Source of the DNA: Eledone cirrhosa
Lineage: Eukaryota
Direction: 5' to 3'
Assembly (NCBI GenBank): GCA_964016885.1
Contig: OZ024759.1
Location: forward strand, 2,232,001 to 2,296,000
Length of the DNA stretch: 64,000 nt
The notes under the pieces are model-generated. The model saw only the letters and a list, made by a program, of their open reading frames with translations. It was not told where the DNA came from and searched no databases. The translations under genes were made by a program, and so were the position numbers. Shown here piece by piece: positions 29,501-44,400 of the stretch. The first letter of the stretch is position 1. The number at the start of each line of letters is the position of its first letter.

Positions 29501-32500
29501 TTAGTAACATGACAAAGTCTATATTAGTAGCATGACAAAGTCTATATTAGTAACATGACAAAGTCTATATTAGTAACATGACACAGTCTATATTAGTAAC
29601 ATGACAAAGTCTATATTAGTAACATGACAAAGTCTATATTAGTAACATGACAAAGTCTATATTAGTAACATGACAAAGTCTATATTAGTAGCATGACAAA
29701 GTCTATATTAGTAACATGACACAGTCTATATTAGTAACATGACAGTCTATATTAGTAACATGACAGTCTACATTAGTAACATGACACAGTCTATATTAGT
29801 AACATGACAAAGTCGATATTAGTAACATGACAATGTCTATATTAGTAACATGACAAAGTCTATATTAGTAACATGACACAATCTATATTAGTAACATGAC
29901 AAAGTCTATATTAGTAACATGGCAAAGTCTATATTATAACATGACAAAGTCTATATTAGTAACATGACAAAGTCTATATTAGTAACATGACAAAGTCTAT
30001 ATTAGTAACATGACAAAGTCTATATTAGTAACATGACAAAGTCTATATTAGTAACATGACAAAATCTATATTAGTAGCATGACAAAGTCTATATTAGTAA
30101 CATGACAAAGTCTATATTAGTAACATGACAAAGTCTATATTAGTAACATGACACAGTCTATATTAGTAACATGACAAAGTCTATATTAGTAGCATGACAA
30201 AGTCTATATTAGTAACATGACAAAGTCTATATTAGTAACATGACAAAGTCTATATTAGTAACATGACAAAGTCTATATTAGTAACATGACAAAGTCTATA
30301 TTAGTAACATGACACAGTCTATATTAGTAACATGACAGTCTATATTAGTAACATGACAGTCTACATTAGTAACATGACACAGTCTATATTAGTAACATGA
30401 CAAAGTCGATATTAGTAACATGACAATGTCTATATTAGTAACATGACAAAGTCTATATTAGTAACATGACAAAGTCTATATTAGTAACATGACAAAGTCT
30501 ATATTAGTAACATGACACAGTCTATATTAGTAACATGACAAAGTCTATATTAGTAGCATGACAAAGTCTATATTAGTAACATGACAAAGTCTATATTAGT
30601 AACATGACAAAGTCTATATTAGTAACATGACAATGTCTATATTAGTAACATGACAAAGTCTATATTAGTAACATGACAAAGTCTATATTAGTAACATGAC
30701 AAAGTCTATATTAGTAACATGACAAAGTCTATATTAGTAACATGACATAGTCTATATTAGTAACATGACACAGTCTATATTAGTAACATGACAAAGTCTA
30801 TATTAGTAGCATGACAAAGTCTGTATTAGTAACATGACAGTCTATATTAGTAACATGACAAAGTCTATATTAGTAACATGACAAAGTCTATATTAGTAGC
30901 ATGACAAAGTCTATATTAGTAATATGACAAAGTCTATATTAGTAACATGACAAAGTCTATATTAGTAACATGACACAGTCTATATTAGTAACATGACAAA
31001 GTATATATTAGTAGCATGACAAAGTCTATATTAGTAACATGACAAAGTCTATATTAGTAACATGACAAAGTCTATATTAGTAACATGACAAAGTCTATAT
31101 TAGTAACATGACAAAGTCTATATTAGTAACATGACAAAGTCTATATTAGTAACAGGACACAGTCTATATTAGTAACATGACAGTCTATATTAGTAACATG
31201 ACAGTCTACATTAGTAACATGACACAGTCTATATCAGTAACATGACAAAGCCGATATTAGTAACATGACAATGTCTATATTAGTAACATGACAAAGTCTA
31301 TATTAGTAACATGACAAAGTCTATATTAGTAGCATGACAAAGTCTATATTAGTAACATGACAAAGTCTATATTAGTAACATGACAAAGTCTATATTAGTA
31401 ACATGACACAGTCTATATTAGTAACATGACAAAGTCTATATTAGTAGCATGACAAAGTCTATATTAGTAACATGACAAAGTCTATATTAGTAACATGACA
31501 AAGTCTATATTAGTAACATGACAAAGTCTATATTAGTAACATGACAAAGTCTATATTAGTAACATGACACAGTCTATATTAGTAACATGACAGTCTATAT
31601 TAGTAACATGACAGTCTACATTAGTAACATGACACAGTCTATATTAGTAACATGACACAGTCTATATTAGTAGCATGACAAAGTCTATATTAGTAACATG
31701 ACACAGTCTCTATTAGTAGCATGACACAGTCTATATTAGTAACATGACAAAGTCTATATTAGTAACATGACAAAGTCTATATTAGTAACATGACAAAGTC
31801 TATATTAGTAACATGACAAAGTCTATATTAGTAGCATGACAACGTCTATATTAGTAACATGACAAAGTCTATATTAGTAACATGGCAAAGTCTATATTAG
31901 TAACATGACAAAGTCTATATTAGTAACATGACACAGTCTATATTAGTAGCATGACAAAGTCTATATTAGTAACATGACAAAGTCTATATTAGTAGCATGA
32001 CACAGTCTATATTAGTAACATGACAAAGTCTATATTAGTAACATGGCAAAGTCTATATTAGTAACATGACAAAGTCTATATTAGTAACATGACACAGTCT
32101 ATATTAGTAGCATGACAAAGTCTATATTAGTAACATGACAAAGTCTATATTAGTAGCATGACACAGTCTATATTAGTAACATGACAAAGTCTATATTAGT
32201 AACATGACAGTCTATATTAGTAACATGACACAGTCTATATTAGTAACATGACACAGTCTATATTAGTAACATGAGACAGTCTATATTAGTAACATGACAA
32301 AGTCTATATTAGTAACATGACACAGTCTATATTAGTAACATGACACAGTCTATATTAGTAACATGACAAAGTCTATATTAGTAACATGACACAGTCTATA
32401 TTAGTAACATGACACAGTCTATATTAGTAGCATGACAAAGTCTATGTTAGTAACATGACACAGTCTATATTAGTAGCATCACACAGTCTATATTAGTAAC

Positions 32501-35500
32501 ATGACAAAGTCTATATTAGTAACATGACAAAGTTTATATTAGTAACATGACAAAGTCTATATTAGTAACATGACAGTCTATATTAGTAACATGACACAGT
32601 CTATATTAGTAACATGACAAAGTCTGTATTAGTAACATGACAATGTCTATATTAGTAACATGACACAGTCTATATTAGTAGCATGACAAAGTCTATATTA
32701 GTAACATGACACAGTCTATATTAGTAGCATCACACAGTCTATATTAGTAACATGACAAAGTCTATATTAGTAACATGACAAAGTCTATATTAGTAACATG
32801 ACAAAGTCTATATTAGTAACATGACAAAGTCTATATTAGTAACATGACAGTCTATATTAGTAACATGACACAGTCTATATTAGTAACATGACACAGTCTA
32901 TATTATTAACATGACAAAGTCTATATTAGTAACATGACAAAGTCTATATTAGTAACATGACACAGTCTATATTAGTAGCATGACAAAGTCTATATTAGTA
33001 ACATGACACAGTCTATATTAGTAGCATGACACAGTCTATATTAGTAACATGACAAAGTCTATATTAGTAACATGACAAAGTCTATATTAGTAGCATGACA
33101 AAGTCTATATTAGTAACATGACAAAGTCTATATTAGTAACATGACACAGTCTATATTAGTAACATGACAAAGTCTATATTAGTAACATGACAAAGTCTAT
33201 ATTAGTAACATGACAAAGTCTATATTAGTAACATGACAAAGTCTATATTAGTAGCATGACAAAGTCTATATTAGTAACATGACACAGTCTATATTAGTAA
33301 CATGACAGTCTATATTAGTAACATGACAGTCTACATTAGTAACATGACACAGTCTATATTAGTAACATGACAAAGTCGATATTAGTAACATGACAATGTC
33401 TATATTAGTAACATGACAAAGTCTATATTAGTAACATGACACAATCTATATTAGTAACATGACAAAGTCTATATTAGTAACATGGCAAAGTCTATATTAT
33501 AACATGACAAAGTCTATATTAGTAACATGACAAAGTCTATATTAGTAACATGACAAAGTCTATATTAGTAACATGACAAAGTCTATATTAGTAACATGAC
33601 AAAGTCTATATTAGTAACATGACAAAATCTATATTAGTAGCATGACAAAGTCTATATTAGTAACATGACAAAGTCTATATTAGTAACATGACAAAGTCTA
33701 TATTAGTAACATGACACAGTCTATATTAGTAACATGACAAAGTCTATATTAGTAGCATGACAAAGTCTATATTAGTAACATGACAAAGTCTATATTAGTA
33801 ACATGACAAAGTCTATATTAGTAACATGACAAAGTCTATATTAGTAACATGACAAAGTCTATATTAGTAACATGACACAGTCTATATTAGTAACATGACA
33901 GTCTATATTAGTAACATGACAGTCTACATTAGTAACATGACACAGTCTATATTAGTAACATGACAAAGTCGATATTAGTAACATGACAATGTCTATATTA
34001 GTAACATGACAAAGTCTATATTAGTAACATGACAAAGTCTATATTAGTAACATGACAAAGTCTATATTAGTAACATGACACGGTCTATATTAGTAACATG
34101 ACAAAGTCTATATTAGTAGCATGACAAAGTCTATATTAGTAACATGACAAAGTCTATATTAGTAACATGACAAAGTCTATATTAGTAACATGACAATGTC
34201 TATATTAGTAACATGACAAAGTCTATATTAGTAACATGACAAAGTCTATATTAGTAACATGACAAAGTCTATATTAGTAACATGACAAAGTCTATATTAG
34301 TAACATGACATAGTCTATATTAGTAACATGACACAGTCTATATTAGTAACATGACAAAGTCTATATTAGTAGCATGACAAAGTCTGTATTAGTAACATGA
34401 CAGTCTATATTAGTAACATGACAAAGTCTATATTAGTAACATGACAAAGTCTATATTAGTAGCATGACAAAGTCTATATTAGTAATATGACAAAGTCTAT
34501 ATTAGTAACATGACAAAGTCTATATTAGTAACATGACACAGTCTATATTAGTAACATGACAAAGTATATATTAGTAGCATGACAAAGTCTATATTAGTAA
34601 CATGACAAAGTCTATATTAGTAACATGACAAAGTCTATATTAGTAACATGACAAAGTCTATATTAGTAACATGACAAAGTCTATATTAGTAACATGACAA
34701 AGTCTATATTAGTAACAGGACACAGTCTATATTAGTAACATGACAGTCTATATTAGTAACATGACAGTCTACATTAGTAACATGACACAGTCTATATCAG
34801 TAACATGACAAAGCCGATATTAGTAACATGACAATGTCTATATTAGTAACATGACAAAGTCTATATTAGTAACATGACAAAGTCTATATTAGTAGCATGA
34901 CAAAGTCTATATTAGTAACATGACAAAGTCTATATTAGTAACATGACAAAGTCTATATTAGTAACATGACACAGTCTATATTAGTAACATGACAAAGTCT
35001 ATATTAGTAGCATGACAAAGTTTATATTAGTAACATGACAAAGTCTATATTAGTAACATGACAAAGTCTATATTAGTAACATGACAAAGTCTATATTAGT
35101 AACATGACAAAGTCTATATTAGTAACATGACACAGTCTATATTAGTAACATGACAGTCTATATTAGTAACATGACAGTCTACATTAGTAACATGACACAG
35201 TCTATATTAGTAACATGACACAGTCTATATTAGTAGCATGACAAAGTCTATATTAGTAACATGACACAGTCTCTATTAGTAGCATGACACAGTCTATATT
35301 AGTAACATGACAAAGTCTATATTAGTAACATGACAAAGTCTATATTAGTAACATGACAAAGTCTATATTAGTAACATGACAAAGTCTATATTAGTAGCAT
35401 GACAACGTCTATATTAGTAACATGACAAAGTCTATATTAGTAACATGGCAAAGTCTATATTAGTAACATGACAAAGTCTATATTAGTAACATGACACAGT

Positions 35501-38500
35501 CTATATTAGTAGCATGACAAAGTCTATATTAGTAACATGACAAAGTCTATATTAGTAGCATGACACAGTCTATATTAGTAACATGACAAAGTCTATATTA
35601 GTAACATGGCAAAGTCTATATTAGTAACATGACAAAGTCTATATTAGTAACATGACACAGTCTATATTAGTAGCATGACAAAGTCTATATTAGTAACATG
35701 ACAAAGTCTATATTAGTAGCATGACACAGTCTATATTAGTAACATGACAAAGTCTATATTAGTAACATGACAGTCTATATTAGTAACATGACACAGTCTA
35801 TATTAGTAACATGACACAGTCTATATTAGTAACATGAGACAGTCTATATTAGTAACATGACAAAGTCTATATTAGTAACATGACACAGTCTATATTAGTA
35901 ACATGACACAGTCTATATTAGTAACATGACAAAGTCTATATTAGTAACATGACACAGTCTATATTAGTAACATGACACAGTCTATATTAGTAGCATGACA
36001 AAGTCTATGTTAGTAACATGACACAGTCTATATTAGTAGCATCACACAGTCTATATTAGTAACATGACAAAGTCTATATTAGTAACATGACAAAGTTTAT
36101 ATTAGTAACATGACAAAGTCTATATTAGTAACATGACAAAGTCTATATTAGTAACATGACAGTCTATATTAGTAACATGACACAGTCTATATTAGTAACA
36201 TGACAAAGTCTGTATTAGTAACATGACAATGTCTATATTAGTAACATGACACAGTCTATATTAGTAGCATGACAAAGTCTATATTAGTAACATGACACAG
36301 TCTATATTAGTAGCATGACACAGTCTATATTAGTAACATGACAAAGTCTATATTAGTAACATGACAAAGTCTATATTAGTAGCATGACAAAGAATATATT
36401 AGTAACATGACAAAGTCTATATTAGTAGCATGACAAAGTCTATATTAGTAACATGACAAAGTCTATATTAGTAACATGACAAAGTCTATATTAGTAACAT
36501 GACACAGTCTATATTAGTAACATGACAAAGTCTATATTAGTAACATGACAAAGTCTATATTAGTAACATGACAAAGTCTATATTAGTAACATGACAAAGT
36601 CTATATTAGTAACATGACAAAATCTATATTAGTAGCATGACAAAGTCTATATTAGTAACATGACAAAGTCTATATTAGTAACATGACAAAGTCTATATTA
36701 GTAACATGACACAGTCTATATTAGTAACATGACAGTCTATATTAGTAACATGACAGTCTACATTAGTAACATGACACAGTCTATATTAGTAACATGACAA
36801 AGTCGATATTAGTAACATGACAATGTCTATATTAGTAACATGACAAAGTCTATATTAGTAACATGACAAAGTCTATATTAGTAACATGACACAGTCTATA
36901 TTAGTAACATGACAAAGTCTATATTAGTAGCATGACAAAGTCTATATTAGTAACATGACAAAGTCTATATTGGTAACATGACAAAGTCTATATTAGTAAC
37001 ATGGCAAAGTCTATATTAGTAACATGACAAAGTCTATATTAGTAACATGACACAGTCTATATTAGTAGCATGACAAAGTCTATATTAGTAACATGACAAA
37101 GTCTATATTAGTAGCATGACACAGTCTATATTAGTAACATGACAAAGTCTATATTAGTAACATGGCAAAGTCTATATTAGTAACATGACAAAGTCTATAT
37201 TAGTAACATGACACAGTCTATATTAGTAGCATGACAAAGTCTATATTAGTAACATGACAAAGTCTATATTAGTAGCATGACACAGTCTATATTAGTAACA
37301 TGACAAAGTCTATATTAGTAACATGACAGTCTATATTAGTAACATGACACAGTCTATATTAGTAACATGACACAGTCTATATTAGTAACATGAGACAGTC
37401 TATATTAGTAACATGACAAAGTCTATATTAGTAACATGACACAGTCTATATTAGTAACATGACACAGTCTATATTAGTAACATGACAAAGTCTATATTAG
37501 TAACATGACACAGTCTATATTAGTAACATGACACAGTCTATATTAGTAGCATGACAAAGTCTATGTTAGTAACATGACACAGTCTATATTAGTAGCATCA
37601 CACAGTCTATATTAGTAACATGACAAAGTCTATATTAGTAACATGACAAAGTCTATATTAGTAACATGACAAAGTCTATATTAGTAACATGACAAAGTCT
37701 ATATTAGTAACATGACAGTCTATATTAGTAACATGACACAGTCTATATTAGTAACATGACACAGTCTATATTAGTAACATGACAAAGTCTATATTAGTAA
37801 CATGACAAAGTCTATATTAGTAACATGACACAGTCTATATTAGTAGCATGACAAAGTCTATATTAGTAACATGACACAGTCTATATTAGTAGCATGACAC
37901 AGTCTATATTAGTAACATGACAAAGTCTATATTAGTAACATGACAAAGTCTATATTAGTAGCATGACAAAGTCTATATTAGTAACATGACAAAGTCTATA
38001 TTAGTAACATGACACAGTCTATATTAGTAACATGACAAAGTCTATATTAGTAACATGACAAAGTCTATATTAGTAACATGACAAAGTCTATATTAGTAAC
38101 ATGACAAAGTCTATATTAGTAGCATGACAAAGTCTATATTAGTAACATGACACAGTCTATATTAGTAACATGACAGTCTATATTAGTAACATGACAGTCT
38201 ACATTAGTAACATGACACAGTCTATATTAGTAACATGACAAAATCGATATTAGTAACATGACAATGTCTATATTAGTAACAAGACAAAGTCTATATTAGT
38301 AACATGACACAGTCTATATTAGTAACATGACAAAGTCTATATTAGTAACATGGCAAAGTCTATATTATAACATGACAAAGTCTATATTAGTAACATGACA
38401 AAGTCTATATTAGTAACATGACACAGTCTATATTAGTAACATGACAAAGTCTATATTAGTAACATGACAAAGTCTATATTAGTAACATGACAAAGTCTAT

Positions 38501-41450
38501 ATTAGTAACATGACAAAGTCTATATTAGTAACATGACAAAATCTATATTAGTAGCATGACAAAGTCTATATTAGTAACATGACAAAGTCTATATTAGTAA
38601 CATGACAAAGTCTATATTAGTAACATGACACAGTCTATATTAACAAACATGACAAAGTCTATATTAGTAGCATGACAAAGTCTATATTAGTAACATGACA
38701 AAGTCTATATTAGTAACATGACAAAGTCTATATTAGTAACATGACAAAGTCTATATTAGTAACATGACAAAGTCTATATTAGTAACATGACACAGTCTAT
38801 ATTAGTAACATGACAGTCTATATTAGTAACATGACAGTCTACATTAGTAACATGACACAGTCTATATTAGTAACATGACAAAGTCGATATTAGTAACATG
38901 ACAATGTCTATATTAGTAACATGACAAAGTCTATATTAGTAACATGACAAAGTCTATATTAGTAACATGACAAAGTCTATATTAGTAACATGACACAGTC
39001 TATATTAGTAACATGACAAAGTCTATATTAGTAGCATGACAAAGTCTATATTAGTAACATGACAAAGTCTATATTAGTAACATGACAAAGTCTATATTAG
39101 TAACATGACAAAGTCTATATTAGTAACATGACAAAGTCTATATTAGTAACATGACACAGTCTATATTAGTAACATGACAGTCTATATTAGTAACATGACA
39201 GTCTACATTAGTAACATGACACAGTCTATATTAGTAACATGACAAAGTCGATATTAGTAACATGACAATGTCTATATTAGTAACATGACAAAGTCTATAT
39301 TAGTAACATGACAAAGTCTATATTAGTAACATGACAAAGTCTATATTAGTAACATGACAGTCTATATTAGTAACATGACACAGTCTATATTAGTAACATG
39401 ACACAGTCTATATTATTAACATGACAAAGTCTATATTAGTAACATGACAAAGTCTATATTAGTAACATGACACAGTCTATATTAGTAGCATGACAAAGTC
39501 TATATTAGTAACATGACACAGTCTATATTAGTAGCATGACACAGTCTATATTAGTAACATGACAAAGTCTATATTAGTAACATGACAAAGTCTATATTAG
39601 TAGCATGACAAAGTCTATATTAGTAACATGACAAAGTCTATATTAGTAACATGACACAGTCTATATTAGTAACATGACAAAGTCTATATTAGTAACATGA
39701 CAAAGTCTATATTAGTAACATGACAAAGTCTATATTAGTAACATGACAAAGTCTATATTAGTAGCATGACAAAGTCTATATTAGTAACATGACACAGTCT
39801 ATATTAGTAACATGACAGTCTATATTAGTAACATGACAGTCTACATTAGTAACATGACACAGTCTATATTAGTAACATGACAAAGTCGATATTAGTAACA
39901 TGACAATGTCTATATTAGTAACATGACAAAGTCTATATTAGTAACATGACACAATCTATATTAGTAACATGACAAAGTCTATATTAGTAACATGGCAAAG
40001 TCTATATTATAACATGACAAAGTCTATATTAGTAACATGACAAAGTCTATATTAGTAACATGACAAAGTCTATATTAGTAACATGACAAAGTCTATATTA
40101 GTAACATGACAAAGTCTATATTAGTAACATGACAAAATCTATATTAGTAGCATGACAAAGTCTATATTAGTAACATGACAAAGTCTATATTAGTAACATG
40201 ACAAAGTCTATATTAGTAACATGACACAGTCTATATTAGTAACATGACAAAGTCTATATTAGTAGCATGACAAAGTCTATATTAGTAACATGACAAAGTC
40301 TATATTAGTAACATGACAAAGTCTATATTAGTAACATGACAAAGTCTATATTAGTAACATGACAAAGTCTATATTAGTAACATGACACAGTCTATATTAG
40401 TAACATGACAGTCTATATTAGTAACATGACAGTCTACATTAGTAACATGACACAGTCTATATTAGTAACATGACAAAGTCGATATTAGTAACATGACAAT
40501 GTCTATATTAGTAACATGACAAAGTCTATATTAGTAACATGACAAAGTCTATATTAGTAACATGACAAAGTCTATATTAGTAACATGACACAGTCTATAT
40601 TAGTAACATGACAAAGTCTATATTAGTAGCATGACAAAGTCTATATTAGTAACATGACAAAGTCTATATTAGTAACATGACAAAGTCTATATTAGTAACA
40701 TGACAATGTCTATATTAGTAACATGACAAAGTCTATATTAGTAACATGACAAAGTCTATATTAGTAACATGACAAAGTCTATATTAGTAACATGACAAAG
40801 TCTATATTAGTAACATGACATAGTCTATATTAGTAACATGACACAGTCTATATTAGTAACATGACAAAGTCTATATTAGTAGCATGACAAAGTCTGTATT
40901 AGTAACATGACAGTCTATATTAGTAACATGACAAAGTCTATATTAGTAACATGACAAAGTCTATATTAGTAGCATGACAAAGTCTATATTAGTAATATGA
41001 CAAAGTCTATATTAGTAACATGACAAAGTCTATATTAGTAACATGACACAGTCTATATTAGTAACATGACAAAGTATATATTAGTAGCATGACAAAGTCT
41101 ATATTAGTAACATGACAAAGTCTATATTAGTAACATGACAAAGTCTATATTAGTAACATGACAAAGTCTATATTAGTAACATGACAAAGTCTATATTAGT
41201 AACATGACAAAGTCTATATTAGTAACAGGACACAGTCTATATTAGTAACATGACAGTCTATATTAGTAACATGACAGTCTACATTAGTAACATGACACAG
41301 TCTATATCAGTAACATGACAAAGCCGATATTAGTAACATGACAATGTCTATATTAGTAACATGACAAAGTCTATATTAGTAACATGACAAAGTCTATATT
41401 AGTAGCATGACAAAGTCTATATTAGTAACATGACAAAGTCTATATTAGTA
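20550..41450. repeat. Higher-order tandem duplication with 10,073-bp period (two full copies plus the start of a third)
   Basis: Rare marker bases recur at a constant offset of 10,073: GACATAG 20675/30748/40821, CAGGAC 21082/31155/41228, CAACGTC 21770/31843, CTGTAT 22553/32626, CACGG 24008/34081, AAGAATA 26319/36392 and TTAACAAACAT 28571/38644. Boundaries are approximate. Confidence 0.93.
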
Positions 41451-44400
41451 ACATGACAAAGTCTATATTAGTAACATGACAAAGTCTATATTAGTAGCAT
41501 GACAAAGTCTATATTAGTAACATGACAAAGTCTATATTAGTAACATGACAAAGTCTATATTAGTAACATGACAAAGTCTATATTAGTAACATGACAAAGT
41601 CTATATTAGTAACATGACACAGTCTATATTAGTAACATGACAGTCTATATTAGTAACATGACAGTCTACATTAGTAACATGACACAGTCTATATTAGTAA
41701 CATGACACAGTCTATATTAGTAGCATGACAAAGTCTATATTAGTAACATGACACAGTCTCTATTAGTAGCATGACACAGTCTATATTAGTAACATGACAA
41801 AGTCTATATTAGTAACATGACAAAGTCTATATTAGTAACATGACAAAGTCTATATTAGTAACATGACAAAGTCTATATTAGTAGCATGACAACGTCTATA
41901 TTAGTAACATGACAAAGTCTATATTAGTAACATGGCAAAGTCTATATTAGTAACATGACAAAGTCTATATTAGTAACATGACACAGTCTATATTAGTAGC
42001 ATGACAAAGTCTATATTAGTAACATGACAAAGTCTATATTAGTAGCATGACACAGTCTATATTAGTAACATGACAAAGTCTATATTAGTAACATGGCAAA
42101 GTCTATATTAGTAACATGACAAAGTCTATATTAGTAACATGACACAGTCTATATTAGTAGCATGACAAAGTCTATATTAGTAACATGACAAAGTCTATAT
42201 TAGTAGCATGACACAGTCTATATTAGTAACATGACAAAGTCTATATTAGTAACATGACAGTCTATATTAGTAACATGACACAGTCTATATTAGTAACATG
42301 ACACAGTCTATATTAGTAACATGAGACAGTCTATATTAGTAACATGACAAAGTCTATATTAGTAACATGACACAGTCTATATTAGTAACATGACACAGTC
42401 TATATTAGTAACATGACAAAGTCTATATTAGTAACATGACACAGTCTATATTAGTAACATGACACAGTCTATATTAGTAGCATGACAAAGTCTATGTTAG
42501 TAACATGACACAGTCTATATTAGTAGCATCACACAGTCTATATTAGTAACATGACAAAGTCTATATTAGTAACATGACAAAGTTTATATTAGTAACATGA
42601 CAAAGTCTATATTAGTAACATGACAAAGTCTATATTAGTAACATGACAGTCTATATTAGTAACATGACACAGTCTATATTAGTAACATGACAAAGTCTGT
42701 ATTAGTAACATGACAATGTCTATATTAGTAACATGACACAGTCTATATTAGTAGCATGACAAAGTCTATATTAGTAACATGACACAGTCTATATTAGTAG
42801 CATGACACAGTCTATATTAGTAACATGACAAAGTCTATATTAGTAACATGACAAAGTCTATATTAGTAGCATGACAAAGAATATATTAGTAACATGACAA
42901 AGTCTATATTAGTAGCATGACAAAGTCTATATTAGTAACATGACAAAGTCTATATTAGTAACATGACAAAGTCTATATTAGTAACATGACACAGTCTATA
43001 TTAGTAACATGACAAAGTCTATATTAGTAACATGACAAAGTCTATATTAGTAACATGACAAAGTCTATATTAGTAACATGACAAAGTCTATATTAGTAAC
43101 ATGACAAAATCTATATTAGTAGCATGACAAAGTCTATATTAGTAACATGACAAAGTCTATATTAGTAACATGACAAAGTCTATATTAGTAACATGACACA
43201 GTCTATATTAGTAACATGACAGTCTATATTAGTAACATGACAGTCTACATTAGTAACATGACACAGTCTATATTAGTAACATGACAAAGTCGATATTAGT
43301 AACATGACAATGTCTATATTAGTAACATGACAAAGTCTATATTAGTAACATGACAAAGTCTATATTAGTAACATGACACAGTCTATATTAGTAACATGAC
43401 AAAGTCTATATTAGTAGCATGACAAAGTCTATATTAGTAACATGACAAAGTCTATATTGGTAACATGACAAAGTCTATATTAGTAACATGGCAAAGTCTA
43501 TATTAGTAACATGACAAAGTCTATATTAGTAACATGACACAGTCTATATTAGTAGCATGACAAAGTCTATATTAGTAACATGACAAAGTCTATATTAGTA
43601 GCATGACACAGTCTATATTAGTAACATGACAAAGTCTATATTAGTAACATGGCAAAGTCTATATTAGTAACATGACAAAGTCTATATTAGTAACATGACA
43701 CAGTCTATATTAGTAGCATGACAAAGTCTATATTAGTAACATGACAAAGTCTATATTAGTAGCATGACACAGTCTATATTAGTAACATGACAAAGTCTAT
43801 ATTAGTAACATGACAGTCTATATTAGTAACATGACACAGTCTATATTAGTAACATGACACAGTCTATATTAGTAACATGAGACAGTCTATATTAGTAACA
43901 TGACAAAGTCTATATTAGTAACATGACACAGTCTATATTAGTAACATGACACAGTCTATATTAGTAACATGACAAAGTCTATATTAGTAACATGACACAG
44001 TCTATATTAGTAACATGACACAGTCTATATTAGTAGCATGACAAAGTCTATGTTAGTAACATGACACAGTCTATATTAGTAGCATCACACAGTCTATATT
44101 AGTAACATGACAAAGTCTATATTAGTAACATGACAAAGTCTATATTAGTAACATGACAAAGTCTATATTAGTAACATGACAAAGTCTATATTAGTAACAT
44201 GACAGTCTATATTAGTAACATGACACAGTCTATATTAGTAACATGACACAGTCTATATTAGTAACATGACAAAGTCTATATTAGTAACATGACAAAGTCT
44301 ATATTAGTAACATGACACAGTCTATATTAGTAGCATGACAAAGTCTATATTAGTAACATGACACAGTCTATATTAGTAGCATGACACAGTCTATATTAGT

